Source: Naegleria gruberi (lineage: Eukaryota). Taken from it: DNA of 64,000 nucleotides. Under the pieces are notes generated by a model. The model had not been told where the DNA came from and made no database searches. It worked only from the letters and a program-made list of their open reading frames with translations. The translations under genes were made by a program, and so were the position numbers. The stretch lies in the NCBI GenBank assembly GCA_000004985.1, contig GG738923.1; one strand, written 5' to 3'. Positions 34,176 to 47,110 of the stretch are shown here, in pieces. Each line of letters starts with the position of its first letter. Position 1 is the stretch's first letter.

Positions 34176-35030
34176 ATGCATCAACACGGAAAGCTCAGAC
34201 GGGTGGTTATTTTGTTCACCTTCACTCTCATCATGATGTTGGTCATGGGACAAGAAACAGCCAAGACCAAACTCTTCAAGAATATGATTTCCCGAACTCA
34301 AAATAATCAAAATTATAAAGGAAGTACTAAAATCGGAAGTGTTCAAGATGGAGTTTGGACCAATGTTTTCCAATTATTTGGATTCCGTTCAGCAAATAAT
34401 CAAACAGATACTGATAATAATCCAAAATTTATTTCATTATTCTATGATGGAATTCATCAGAGAATGAGAATGGATGGAGCTGGTTTGGGAGGCCCTGCAG
34501 CTCAACTCTCTTCCACATCAGTTTTGTTTGAAATTTTGAGATATTATATGAATGTTGTGAGTGTTGATTTTTGTATCTTTGAACATTTGCATCCTAATTC
34601 TACTGCTTATGGAGCTAGAGTTTTCCCATTCAGTGGAAAGGGTACTGTGGCTGAAGGAGGATTCACTGTTGCCAAATATTCTGGAGCTAAATTGATTCAA
34701 AGTAATGCTATTCTTGAACCATCCAATTTGATTAATGGAATGCAAAAGAGAGTTTGTAATGTCTATAATTTGGATGGAAAGTCTGATCTTGCTATTGGTC
34801 TTGGATTTTACTTGTTCAATTATCAAGGACCTAGCTATGTTGACATGACTTATTATGAAGATGCCAAGACAGGACAACCAGTAAGATTTGAAATGAAAGA
34901 TTTGGGAGGTTTTAAGGGAATTACCTCTTGGGATGTATTGAATTTCCAATTCTTTAGTGATAAGGATGATTCTGCTAATGTATTTTCCAAAGATTTATTC
35001 TACTGGAATGCCAAACCAACTTGTCATTAA
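34176..35030 (+). CDS. Secreted hypothetical protein
   Basis: A signal peptide plus ORF. Start context 'aaaaaaaATG'. Confidence 0.5.
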   Translation: MHQHGKLRRVVILFTFTLIMMLVMGQETAKTKLFKNMISRTQNNQNYKGSTKIGSVQDGVWTNVFQLFGFRSANNQTDTDNNPKFISLFYDGIHQRMRMDGAGLGGPAAQLSSTSVLFEILRYYMNVVSVDFCIFEHLHPNSTAYGARVFPFSGKGTVAEGGFTVAKYSGAKLIQSNAILEPSNLINGMQKRVCNVYNLDGKSDLAIGLGFYLFNYQGPSYVDMTYYEDAKTGQPVRFEMKDLGGFKGITSWDVLNFQFFSDKDDSANVFSKDLFYWNAKPTCH

Positions 35031-35267
35031 TAAAATATAACCTGAATTATTTCAGATATCTTACTCTTTTATTTAAGGACTACTTTCTGCTATTACACAT
35101 AATTGAAATGTTGCTCTACTAGAAGAGCTTTAGGATATTCAAGTGTAAAATTTTACTTGTATGGGGGTTTGTTTTTCATCAATTATCCAACTTGATTATC
35201 CGAAAGTTTGAATTTTCTTTAAATAGCTGAAGAATAGTAGAGATCCTCAACAATAACAACAAAAAGA

Positions 35268-36214
35268 ATGCAAGCCTTGGTTATTGAAGATTACTGTATC
35301 CAACCAAATTTTAAACTAGTTTCGGATTTTGAAAAACCATCCAAGTTGAAAGAAAATCAAGTTTTGGTCAAGTTGAAAGCAGCTTCGGTCAACCCAGTCG
35401 ATTACAAAATGAGAAACGGAGCCACAAGGAAAGCAACTCCAGTCAAATTTCCAACGACGCTATTGGTAAAATATTAGATCAAGAGGGTGAACATTCGTTT
35501 AACAATCAACCTTTGACTCCTCCATTCGAAACTTCCAAAAAGAAAGAGTTGAAAATTCTCATATTAGGTGCTTCTGGAGGAACTGGTTTGAGTGCTTGTT
35601 TGATAGCTAAACAATTCCTTTCCCTATATTTCCAAACAAAGGTTTATGCTGTTTGTTCTGAGAGAAATATTGACATTGTTACAAAAATGGGAGCAGATGT
35701 TGTCATTGACTATACAAAAACATCATCCAAACCTAGAATAGATGGTGAATCTGAAAATCTGAAGAGTATTTGTCAAACCATTAAGGAAGACCATGGAGAT
35801 TCTTATGTGGATATTGTATTGGATTGTGTTGGTGGAACTGAAATGTATTATCGTGATGTTTGCAATAATTTTGAGTGTAAGAAAGCAAGAGATGGTGTTG
35901 CATTCACAACCATTTCACCAAATGTTCCATTCGAACCAAATATGGGACTTTCTTCTTTGATGAAAATTGGATATTTTGTAGTTTCTAATAAGATTAGGTC
36001 ATTATCGAGTGCTTATCCATCCTTCCACTTTGTTTTCATGGATAAGAACGTAAAAGATATGAATTTACTGATGAATCATATTGTAATTTCGAATCAAGTT
36101 TACAATCAACTTCCACTGATGGAATTTGAATTTTCTGCTCAAGGATTAAACGATGCACATAAACAAATGGAATCTCAAAGAACAGTTGGTAAAATCGTTA
36201 TCAAAATTCAATAA
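35268..36214 (+). CDS. MDR-superfamily (quinone oxidoreductase / RTN4IP1-like) protein. ORFs 35268..35477 and 35513..36214 are joined by an intron or a frameshift near 35468-35545.
   Basis: N-terminus VKLKAASVNPVDYKMR...KFPTTL (GroES-like). C-terminus ILILGASGGTGLSACLIAKQF (Rossmann) ending ...GKIVIKIQ. The middle catalytic segment appears to be absent. Confidence 0.5.
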
Positions 36215-36481
36215 ATAACATCTTTGTTCAAGTTGACTTTGTGTGTAATCTTCACAGTAACGGAATTGGATTATATTCCAAACAACTATTTCCAAATCAA
36301 GAAGGAATTGTTAAATTCGAATAATTTCATTGGCTTGAAAGTTAAAAATTGGTAATTCCAATCATTCGTTTGTAAGTAAGCGAAGGCAAGTTAATCTTTC
36401 AGTAGTTTCCCATTATTGTGAACACCAATGAACAAATTCACCTTTAATTTTAATGATGCTGAATAATTCTTACAAAAAAAA

Positions 36482-38649
36482 ATGGAAGCAACAAGTGCAC
36501 AATTAAATAATCCTTTTAGTGTTTTTGTTTCATCAAATAATGAAGTTTTTATTGCTGACTATAGCAATCAAAGCATTAGAAAAGTATTACAAAATGGAAA
36601 TATTGTAACAATAGCTGGAAATGGAGATAAAGGATTTAGTGGTGATAATTGTCTAGCAACAAGTGCACAATTAAATAATCCTATTGGTGTTTTTGTTTCA
36701 TCAATAATGAAGTTTATATTTCTGACTATTGTAATCATGTAATTAGAAAGATTTTACAAAATGGAACTATTGTAACAATTGCTGGAAATGGAAAACCTGG
36801 ATTCGGTGGTGATAATGGCCTAGCAACAAATGCACAGTTGAATTACCCTAGAAATGTATATGTTTCATCAAATAATGAAGTTTATATTGCTGACTTTTGT
36901 AATCAAAGAATTAGAAAAGTATTACAAAATGGAAATATTATAACAATAGCTGGAAATGGAACTAAAGGATTTAGTGGTGATAATGGTCCTGCAACAAATG
37001 CACAATTAAATGGTCCTGCAGGCGTTTTTGTTTCAAATAATGAAGTCTATATTGCTGACTATAGTAATCATGTAATTAGAAAGATTTCACAAAATGGAAC
37101 TATTGTAACTATAGCTGGAAATGGAAAACCTGGATTCAGTGGTGATAATGGACTTGCAACAAATGCACAATTATATAATCCTTCAGGCACTTTTGTTTCA
37201 TCGAACAATGAAGTTTATATTTCTGATTGTTTTAATCATGTAATTAGAAAGATTTTACAAAATGGAACTATTGTAACAATTGCTGGAAATGGGAAAGGAG
37301 GATTCAGTGGTGATAATGGCCTTGCAACAAATGCACAATTATATAGTCCTTTAGGTGTTTTTGTTTCATCAAATAATGAAGTTTATATATCTGACTGTTT
37401 TAATCATAGAATTAGAAAGGTATTACATAATGGAAATATTGTAACAATAGCTGGAAATGGAACACCTGGATTCAGTGGAGATTCTCCATTTGATATTTCA
37501 CTCTATCCTCATTTCGGAAATAGTAGCTCTTTAACTAGAAGAATAGAATTTCATAGTTTGAAAAAATATTCAAGAGATCAATTATTTGGATTGGAAATTT
37601 ATGGATTCATGCCACTAATTGAAAGAATATCAATTCAATTCAGTCAAATTCTGAAAAATGAAAAGATAATTTGGTCAATGAATGCTTCACAACGTGCAAT
37701 TATTCAAAAACTAATTAATTCTCTCATATATGATAATAATCAATTGAATTTTACAAAGAATGAACTATTAGATGTATTATTTATTTTAGGATTATTTAAA
37801 AATGGCGAATTTATTGAGCTTAAAAGATCATTGACAAGTGATTTTATTAATTCCATTACCTTGAAAGAATTTCCTGCTGAATGGGAAAAAATTGAATCGC
37901 TGATCATGACATGCAAAGATTTTGGAAATGAAAATTACATTCTTGAATGCTTGAACAATTTCTGTATTGAATTTGTTGCTGTCAAAATGAAGACCACAGA
38001 GGGAAGTGCTGTTTTGTCTTCCCTTCCAATAGTTTTGCGAAATGCTACTGCTTTTTTCCCAAAATTGGTACTTGGTCAACCAACCCCAATCAACATTGAA
38101 GAAAAAATTGAAGTTAATCCACAAACATTAGAATCATTATTTAACGATAAGAAAACAAGTGATATTCAAATCAAAATGGGAGAAGACAAGTATTTATATT
38201 GTCACAAAACTGTTTTGAGCACCACTAGTACCTTCTTTGCTGCCCTATTTGAAAGTGGATCATCCTTTAGTGATTTTAATAATGGAATTTTCACACCAGA
38301 TGAATCAGAAGATTTGGAATTATTGGAAATTATCATCAAATATTGTTATGGAATTTCATTCGACAATGAAAAAATTTCTGGATTGTTAGACATGGCAATG
38401 AAACATGAAATTAAATATTTAGTCGATTATTATTGTATTAATTTCACGCTCTCCATTCAAAATTACTTTTCCATTGTATCAACATGTGAACAGTATTTGG
38501 ATTTACCTGTATTTGAAGGATTTTTCAAAGAAATTATTAGATTTGGAGTTACCAACAAGAAGCAACTCTTTACTGATTTGAGTGTTCTTTCTAAATTACC
38601 TGAAAAAGTTTGGCAGGTGATGTTCTTGAATTGGGCTCAGGATAATTGA
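36482..38649 (+). CDS. NHL-repeat protein with a C-terminal BTB/POZ domain. It carries a 1-nt deletion frameshift at about 36703.
   Basis: About 8 NHL repeats (NNEVYIADxxNHxIRKILQNGTIVTIAGNG) and a BTB domain (DIQIKMGEDKYLYCHKTVLSTTSTFFAALF). At 36700-36705 'tcaataatg' replaces the 'tcaaataatg' found in the other repeats. Confidence 0.6.
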
Positions 38650-38799
38650 GCTAATAACTTTAATGTTTATTTTTGTTCCTCTTTTTATAAATTGTGAACT
38701 ATGAGAATTTCAAATTGTAAACACTGGACGATTCGAATCCTGAATATTATTGTTTACAACACTTGCTGAATTGAGCAAAAAGTTATTTGATTTTTCAAG

Positions 38800-39009
38800 T
38801 TGAAGATTATGAAGTTTTCAATGAATGATGAATTTATTAGAAAGGAATTTATTTGTCATAAAGATAAACGACCTATCCTTTCCAGCTCACAAAAATCGTC
38901 AAAAGTCAACCCAATTTTCAACTCAAAAAAAAACCAGCACAACCAAACTGCAGCAAAATCTGTTGGACATATTTCTAATTACCCAAAAGCTGTAATTGAT
39001 AAAAGATGA
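38800..39009 (+). CDS. Small upstream ORF (uORF) or first exon, 69 aa
   Basis: It overlaps the next ATG as ATGA. Confidence 0.25.
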   Translation: MKIMKFSMNDEFIRKEFICHKDKRPILSSSQKSSKVNPIFNSKKNQHNQTAAKSVGHISNYPKAVIDKR

Positions 39010-39587
39010 ATCCACATCAACAAACACAAAATACTGAACAAAGTGAATCAGTAAATTACTATTACAATTCGAACAGTGATGCAAATACCACAAGTAATTC
39101 CATTGCTAGTAAGACAAATCTCTTTATGTATGGTGGAGGTACATTGCTATTACTCCTTTCATTGGCATTGTTTGGAATTGGTGCAGTTCTGTATGGAGTT
39201 GTAAATTCAATTTCTGTTTCGTATGTCCATCAAGGATGTTGTAATGTTACTGTTTCTAGTGGTTGCTCTAGTTATGATGATTGTAGCTATGGTGTTTCTT
39301 TTCCAATACTGGGAAGTGCAAAACTTCAACAAGATCCTAAAAAAGGATTTGGATTAACTTGTTCTGCTGCAGAAAACCAAATTATGACAACCACCTTAGT
39401 CAAGAAATACTCTAGCTCCAACACCTTGCCAACAACAACCACAAATATTGATTGTTACACTGATAAGAATGAAAAATTTGTATCCCTTGAACCGTACAGT
39501 GAATTGTATACATTGTACATAAGTGGTGGAATTATTTGTTTAGCCGCACCAATTCTATTTTTTGTAATTAAGGTTGGCTTTATGTAA
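39006..39587 (+). CDS. Membrane protein with one internal and one C-terminal TM segment and a Cys-rich ectodomain
   Basis: ORF with a hydrophobic segment (LLLLLSLALFGIGAVLYGVV). Confidence 0.5.
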   Translation: MNPHQQTQNTEQSESVNYYYNSNSDANTTSNSIASKTNLFMYGGGTLLLLLSLALFGIGAVLYGVVNSISVSYVHQGCCNVTVSSGCSSYDDCSYGVSFPILGSAKLQQDPKKGFGLTCSAAENQIMTTTLVKKYSSSNTLPTTTTNIDCYTDKNEKFVSLEPYSELYTLYISGGIICLAAPILFFVIKVGFM

Positions 39588-40145
39588 AGTGGTAAATGAA
39601 TTTTTCACTTCAACACTTTTCAATCATCCACAATTTTCTGATTTTCAAATTGTTTGTTGTGTGTCATAATTATCGCACGATGAGCTGTTCCAATTTTATT
39701 CCTTTCCATAAAAGAAAACCATAAAACAGTAAAGACGGAAAAATCAAAATCTTCAGGGTTTCAACGAAATAATTGGCATGGTACTTCTACAATAATACTA
39801 ATAAAAGTTTATTAATGTTTCAAGATGATTGACGATACTTGATGATTTATTTGAAGAAACTGCAGTTTACAAAATTGTAAAAAGCTTTTATACTGGTAGT
39901 TTGGAATATTCTCTAGACGATGAAGCCCTCTCACTCTTGATTTTCTTCACAATAATACATGATTCAAGTCTCTATCTTCACATTTAAAACCTGAAATTCA
40001 AATATTTCATCTGATAATTGTTTTAAACTTTTTGGACAATGATATCCTGGAACACCTGTTCAAGTTGAGTTTGTGTGTAATCTTCACAGTAACGGAACGG
40101 TAGCTTTCAATATTACTATTAGAATTAAGGTAAACAGGCCTTACC

Positions 40146-41540
40146 TTAAAGTTTAGAAATTCTATCAGCATAAACCCCTAAATAATTCATTCTTATCAGG
40201 AAGAAATCATCTGAATAGACTTCTGAATATCCAACTTCCCGTACCAATTCCATCTTGAATTCAAAGTCATTCTTCAGCAAGTCTTGAATATTTGCAAATT
40301 CTAGTGCCTTGTCAGTTTGTTTCAGAGCTTCCAATACTATTTTCTTATCAACTTTCAACCTATCTGATGCATACTTGAGAGAAGAGCCATTCTGTTTTAC
40401 AGCCACCATTACCAATTCCTTATCATTCCTCACTTTAAAGGAACAGAATTTTACCATACTGCCATTCTTTTTGAGAGCTTCCAAAATAATTTCATTGTCT
40501 TGCTGAAGGGCTACAGATGCATATTTAAATGCCCATGGATTTTGTTTAACTGCCTCTAGTACAATCTCTTTGTCATTCTTCAATCTGTCAGAAGCAAACA
40601 TTAAGTAATGTCCTTCCTTTTTGACAGCTTGTAGAATTGTGAATCGATCATCCTTTTGTTCATCAGTGACTGAAGATAGAGAGATATCCATCATTAGTTC
40701 CATAAGTTCAATATCATTCTCGTTCATCTCGTCAAAAAATGATACTCTGAATTGATTGTCACTTGCCAAAGTATTGAAATTATTGAAGGTGATGAATATT
40801 TGGGAATGAAGAATTGTCGTTTTTGGTTGATCCCATATAACTATTGGTTGTATTGCTAAAGCTAAATCAATCAATTCACGATCGTGTCTTAGATCAAATG
40901 ATGCATATTCAAGAGATGAGGGTTTTTGTTTCACAGCCTCAGAAACAACCTCCTTGTCATTTCTCAATTTGAATGATGCAAATTGGAGTGCTATTCCATT
41001 TTGTTTGACAGATTCCAAAACTACCTCCCTGTCATTTTGCATTAAATTTGATAAATATCTGAGAACATAACCATCTTGCCGAACTGCATCCAACACGATT
41101 GACTTGTCATTTCTCAGCTCTTCATTTGTAAATGTAACAGCTCTTCCATAATATTTGACAGCTCTCTTAATGAAATCTCTATTGTTTTTCAATTCTTGTG
41201 AAACATGCGTCAGAATCCAACCATTTTCTTTAACACAATCCAATACAAATGCTTCATTTCTTTTAAGTTCTTCATCAATGTGATGAAAAACTTCGCCATT
41301 TCTCTTCACTGCTCGTAAAATAAACTCCGTATCCTTCTTAAACTCTGGGTTAGCCCATTCGAAAGCAGTTTCGTTTTGTGCCAATGCCTCCAAAACTACG
41401 TGAGGATCAGATTTTAGATTATCAGATGCAAACCTGAGGAAATTTCCTTTTCTAGAAACACATTCCAAAACCACTTGTTTATTGTTTGCAAATTCTATGG
41501 GAATGAATTGGGTGAAGTTTCGTGTAGGAGCTACCTGCAT
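40146..41540 (-). CDS. DUF4116-like tandem-repeat protein, about 12 repeats
   Basis: Repeats of the form LRNDKEVVLEAVKQNGxALxFAS. Confidence 0.6.
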   Translation of the reverse strand: MQVAPTRNFTQFIPIEFANNKQVVLECVSRKGNFLRFASDNLKSDPHVVLEALAQNETAFEWANPEFKKDTEFILRAVKRNGEVFHHIDEELKRNEAFVLDCVKENGWILTHVSQELKNNRDFIKRAVKYYGRAVTFTNEELRNDKSIVLDAVRQDGYVLRYLSNLMQNDREVVLESVKQNGIALQFASFKLRNDKEVVSEAVKQKPSSLEYASFDLRHDRELIDLALAIQPIVIWDQPKTTILHSQIFITFNNFNTLASDNQFRVSFFDEMNENDIELMELMMDISLSSVTDEQKDDRFTILQAVKKEGHYLMFASDRLKNDKEIVLEAVKQNPWAFKYASVALQQDNEIILEALKKNGSMVKFCSFKVRNDKELVMVAVKQNGSSLKYASDRLKVDKKIVLEALKQTDKALEFANIQDLLKNDFEFKMELVREVGYSEVYSDDFFLIRMNYLGVYADRISKL

Positions 41541-41757
41541 TTTTTTTGATTGAATCTCAACAAAGACAGAACTGTTGAGAACTCAGTTTGATTGGTTACA
41601 TAGATGTTACACAATGTTGCAATAATTACTTTATTTGACTGGTTTTCAATGTTAGAAAGTTTAGTTTGCTTTATTCTCGAATTTTGTCAGAGAGAGAAAG
41701 GATTCGATTTTTGACATTCTTGAGAAAGTTTCAGCATTTATTCATGTTTCATTTCAA

Positions 41758-44252
41758 TCAACAATTATTAGGAGTGTTTGTTGCAGCAGTACCACTCTTT
41801 CTAATGGAAAGTAGTGCTCTCACAACCAACCATACAGGTGGAATTGACACAACTACAGCGACTGGAATTGCCATAAACGCAAAGAAGGCATAATAATTAT
41901 TGTTACAATTATCACATATTAAGGCAGTTTTGCAATCATTACCAGTGTAAGAAGATGAACATGATGTACAATTAGCTCCTGTCCAATATCCATCGTTGGC
42001 ATTTGACTTGCATTCACATTTATCAAGTGAAACACATGTACCATGTCCTCCACAAACAGTTGTGCCATCTGGAGTACCAAAACATTTCAATTGATCCATT
42101 GTAATTGTACCATTATTGTTTGTATTTGTCAAATTCGTATTGGTTGTATTATTTTGAGAAATAGTGGAATTTAAAGTTGTTCCATTATTAACTAGAGTAG
42201 TATTATCAATTATGGTAGTGTTGTTTGAAACAACTATTGTAGTATTATTATTAACAGTAGTATTATTTGTAGCAGTACTATTATTTACAATAGTAGTATT
42301 ATCAGTAGTAGTGTTTGAAACAATTGTTGTAGTATTATTGTTGTCAATAATGGTAGAATTGTTAGTAGTAGTGGTATTGGAATAGATTGAACTATTAACA
42401 GTTGAAGAATTTGTTACTGAAATAATGATTTCAGAATTGTTGTAAAATAGGGAACAATTCAAACCACTCCAATTATTCTCACAAGTGCAATTATTGAAAG
42501 TAGAGCAAACTCCGTGGCCATTACAAACCATTGGATCGGTACTATTTGAAAGTACATCAAAACACATTGTGGTGGAACAATTTGAACCGAACCATCCACT
42601 GCTACATGAACAATTGTTCATTGATGAACATTGGCCATTACCAGAACACACCAAAGTCTCATTAAATGTAATACCATAACAGGTAATGACTGGTTCAGGT
42701 GCTGAATTTAAGGCTGTCTCACAAAATGTTCCATTATAATCAGAGGTACAATTACAAATGTTTGGTGCTTGACATACACCATGACCATTACAAGCTCTTG
42801 GATCACTTGCATTGACACCATTACATGCAACAGTCTCACATACTGAGCCAATATAACCTGATTCACAGGAGCAAACATCTGTAGAATTACATATTCCATG
42901 TCCACTGCAAACTAATGGATCACTAGCTAATATTCCATTGCATAGACGAGTTGTGGAAATTAGTCGTAAGTAATTATTTCCAGTATCTGAAATGAGCACC
43001 TCTCCAGTGGCAGAACGAACCGAAACAAAATAAGGACCATTAAGCTTGGCACTCGTTGCTTCCATGTTATCACCTCTATCACTTGTACCACCTGCAATCG
43101 TTATAATTGTGCCATTTGACAATATTTTACGAATTCGATGATTATTGGTATCAGCAAGATAAACTTCACCATTCGAATCAATTGCCATTCCATAAACAAC
43201 TGAAAATTTGGCATTCAAAGCATCACCATTATCCCCGCTATATCCACTCACTCCATTTCCAGCAATGCTTACAATAGTTCCATTTGATAACACCTTTCTA
43301 ATCCTATAATTAAGAGTATCACCAAAATACAGTTCAGATTCAGAACTCATAGCCATACTGTAAACGTTCCTTATTTTGGCATTTGTAGCATCAATTCCAT
43401 CTCCATTATAACCTGAAGAACCAGTTCCTACAGCTGTAACAATCGTTCCATTTGTTAAAATCTTTCTAATCCTATAATTATTACTATCAGCAATATAGAG
43501 CTCACCACTTTTAGAATCAACAACAATGGATTGTTTAATTTTGCACTTCTTGCATCGATACCATCTCCATTATAACCTGAGACACCAGTTCCTGCAATGA
43601 TAACCATGGTTCCATTATTAAGAATTTTACGAATGACATGGTTATACGAATCTGCCACAAGTAATTGACCATCGAGATCAGTTGCAATCGAATTAGGTAA
43701 TGCTAATTGAGTATCTGTTGCCAGCCGACCACCTCCATTATTACCATAATTTCCTGTACCTGCAATAGAGTCAATCATTCCATTCTTTGAAATTCTACTA
43801 ATTCTATTACCTTGTGTTTCGGCAACATAAATATCTCCATTCGAATTAAAAAGAGTTCCTCTAGGATTTGTCAATGGAGTGTTAGTTGCCGTAATACCTG
43901 CACAATAAGATGCACTTCCATCACCAGCTAGTGGTGTGATAGTTCCATTGGTTAATACTCTACGAATACTGTGTCTTCCTGAATCTGAAATAATCATTTC
44001 TCCATTAGGGGCAATCAAAATACCTGATGGAATATTCAAGTTGGCACTTGTTGCATCTTGATAATCACCATTGTAACCACTTATGCCAGTTCCAGCAATT
44101 GTAATAATTGTACCATTATTGAAAACGTTACGAATCTATCAGCAATATAAATTTCACCCAATGAATTAATGGCAGTGAATATTGGACCAAACAATGCAGC
44201 TGCTCGACCATCATGTTTGGAAGAATTAAAATTGACTGTGAAATCAAAAGTT
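41758..44252 (-). pseudogene. NHL-repeat / EGF-like / N,T-rich surface protein with a C-terminal TM. At least three frame disruptions.
   Basis: One reading frame fragmented into ORFs 41758..43356 and 43455..44039 plus an untracked upstream part. A 13-nt deletion at about 44130 removes the SYNHV segment of one NHL repeat, and there are small indels at about 43555 and 43360-43450. Confidence 0.55.
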
Positions 44253-44264
44253 AACTGTTTTTAT

Positions 44265-45236
<972 letters not shown>

Positions 45237-45544
45237 TCAATGATGGGTACTTGTATTAATAGGTTATTGGACGTTAAAAATAGAATTAATGGCGGTTTGC
45301 TGTTACAACGTGAGTTCATCCTCGCTTCAGCACGTTTAGATTGAAGAGATTCAACTCCACATCCATATTCGCTTTCAATCCATTAATACACTATTGCCAT
45401 TTTACACAACCAATCAACTTTTAACATCATCAACCTCATTACTTCAATCGATTGGATGAGAGAGATATGGTAAGGTAATAATCCATTTTCCTTCCAATGC
45501 TGTTGTATTAGATATGATACCAATTAGTTACTAACTGAACAAGT

Positions 45545-47026
45545 TTAATCGCCACTCAAATTTAAAATCTTATTCTTGATGGCAGTATCGATAGCATTCA
45601 AATATTGAGACAAATCTACAGAGCCATTAATGTGATTAAGATAGAAAGCATGAGAAAGGAATGGAAGTTTTCTCAGAGATCTTCCACTCAAACCCTCACA
45701 ACTCTCTGCAATTTCTTTCAGCTTTAATGCATAGGAATTTTCTGGTGCCTCCTTATCTGTCCATTTTGGTATTATTACATTTGGTTTGATAACTGAAACT
45801 CTCATCAACTCTACAAGGCATGATCTCAAAATTGAATATCTTCCCTTAGCGGAAGGTGGTCCAATATATTGCTTAATATCTGCTCGATCAACAAATGCCA
45901 AATCAATTGCCTCTGTAATGTTTGATGTTGTTAAAATGAGGACATTCTTATACCTCTTCAATTGATCCAATTGTGTTAATAGAGCATTTACAACTCTGAT
46001 ACTATCTGAAGGCTCACTTCCTGAAAGAGCACTCTTTCTGGCAGCCGTCAGTGATTCAACTTCGTCCATCAAAACACATACAAATGATTCCTCATCTTCT
46101 ACAATTTCGAATATTTTCTTGAATAATTTCATTACTAGTTTTCCACTTTCACTAAACCATTTTGAGAATAAACTGTGTGAATTAATTTCTATTAATGTAC
46201 CTCCTGATGGATATCTGTGTGACATTCTAATTGCCAGTTTCTGGGCCAATCCTTTACATAAAGATGTCTTTTATACACGAGTTAATTTATCAATAAATCA
46301 TAAAACTAACCTTTCCTAATAATAATTGTCAAAACACATTTGAAAAATAATGTAAAACAAACCTGTTCCTAATTAATGTGTTAAAAATTCAATTAAATTC
46401 AAAATACAAACCTGGAGGTCCATAGAGTAACACAACTCTATTCCAACTAATTAAATTTTGGTCAACACCCAAATCAGAAAAACGCATTGTTGTTGCAGCA
46501 TATTCCAATAAATTATATTTTACATTTTCATCAAAAATCAAACTTTCCCACAATCCATCAAATGAATCATTAGGAAGTGTCGATTGTTTACAAGCAGTAA
46601 CCTCTTCAACATCACCTCCCTCATCTGTTGTTTCCTCTATTGGTTCTTCATCAGTAGATTTAAAAACATGAATTATAAAAGTTACGTCTTGGTTAAATAG
46701 AATTGGTCCATTGTAGGCTGGATGTTGTTCCAAATCCACAATTTTAATTTGTTTAACATGTTTTACAATTAATTCTTCCCTTTCCGAAAGTTGGTGTTGT
46801 TGATTATTCTCGGAAGATAATGAAGATAATTGTATTGGAATGATTCCGTCCTGTATAATTGGCCTCCTATTGATAATCATCTCATGTACAGCATCTTGAA
46901 TAAGTTTAGGTTTGACAGTACTTTGTTGTTTTAGACAAACTATATAATTGTTAGCCAGCCTTTAAAATGATGACAATTTTCACTTTACTCACCTTCAATA
47001 TGAACTGGTGGAAGACTTGCTTGCAT
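45545..47026 (-). CDS. TRIP13: TRIP13/PCH2 AAA+ ATPase. Five exons: 47026..46993, 46939..46412, 46368..46363, 46315..46311 and 46267..45545.
   Basis: Exons 1 and 2 give [23 protein letters not shown], matching the TRIP13 N-terminus. The Walker A motif GPPG|TG|K|TSLCK is assembled from two micro-exons (GAACAG and GAAAG) flanked by introns of 43, 47 and 43 nt. The C-terminal AAA domain matches TRIP13. Confidence 0.75.
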
Positions 47027-47110
47027 TTTATTTAATTTTACAAAACAAGTTCAGCCTGGATTGAAATTTGAGGAAGACAGATATTGTGTGTGAATTGTAT
47101 AGAGACTGAT

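Noticed and set aside
42164-42905. Small ORFs inside the NHL/EGF locus
   Set aside because: They are alternative frames of low-complexity N/T-rich coding sequence.
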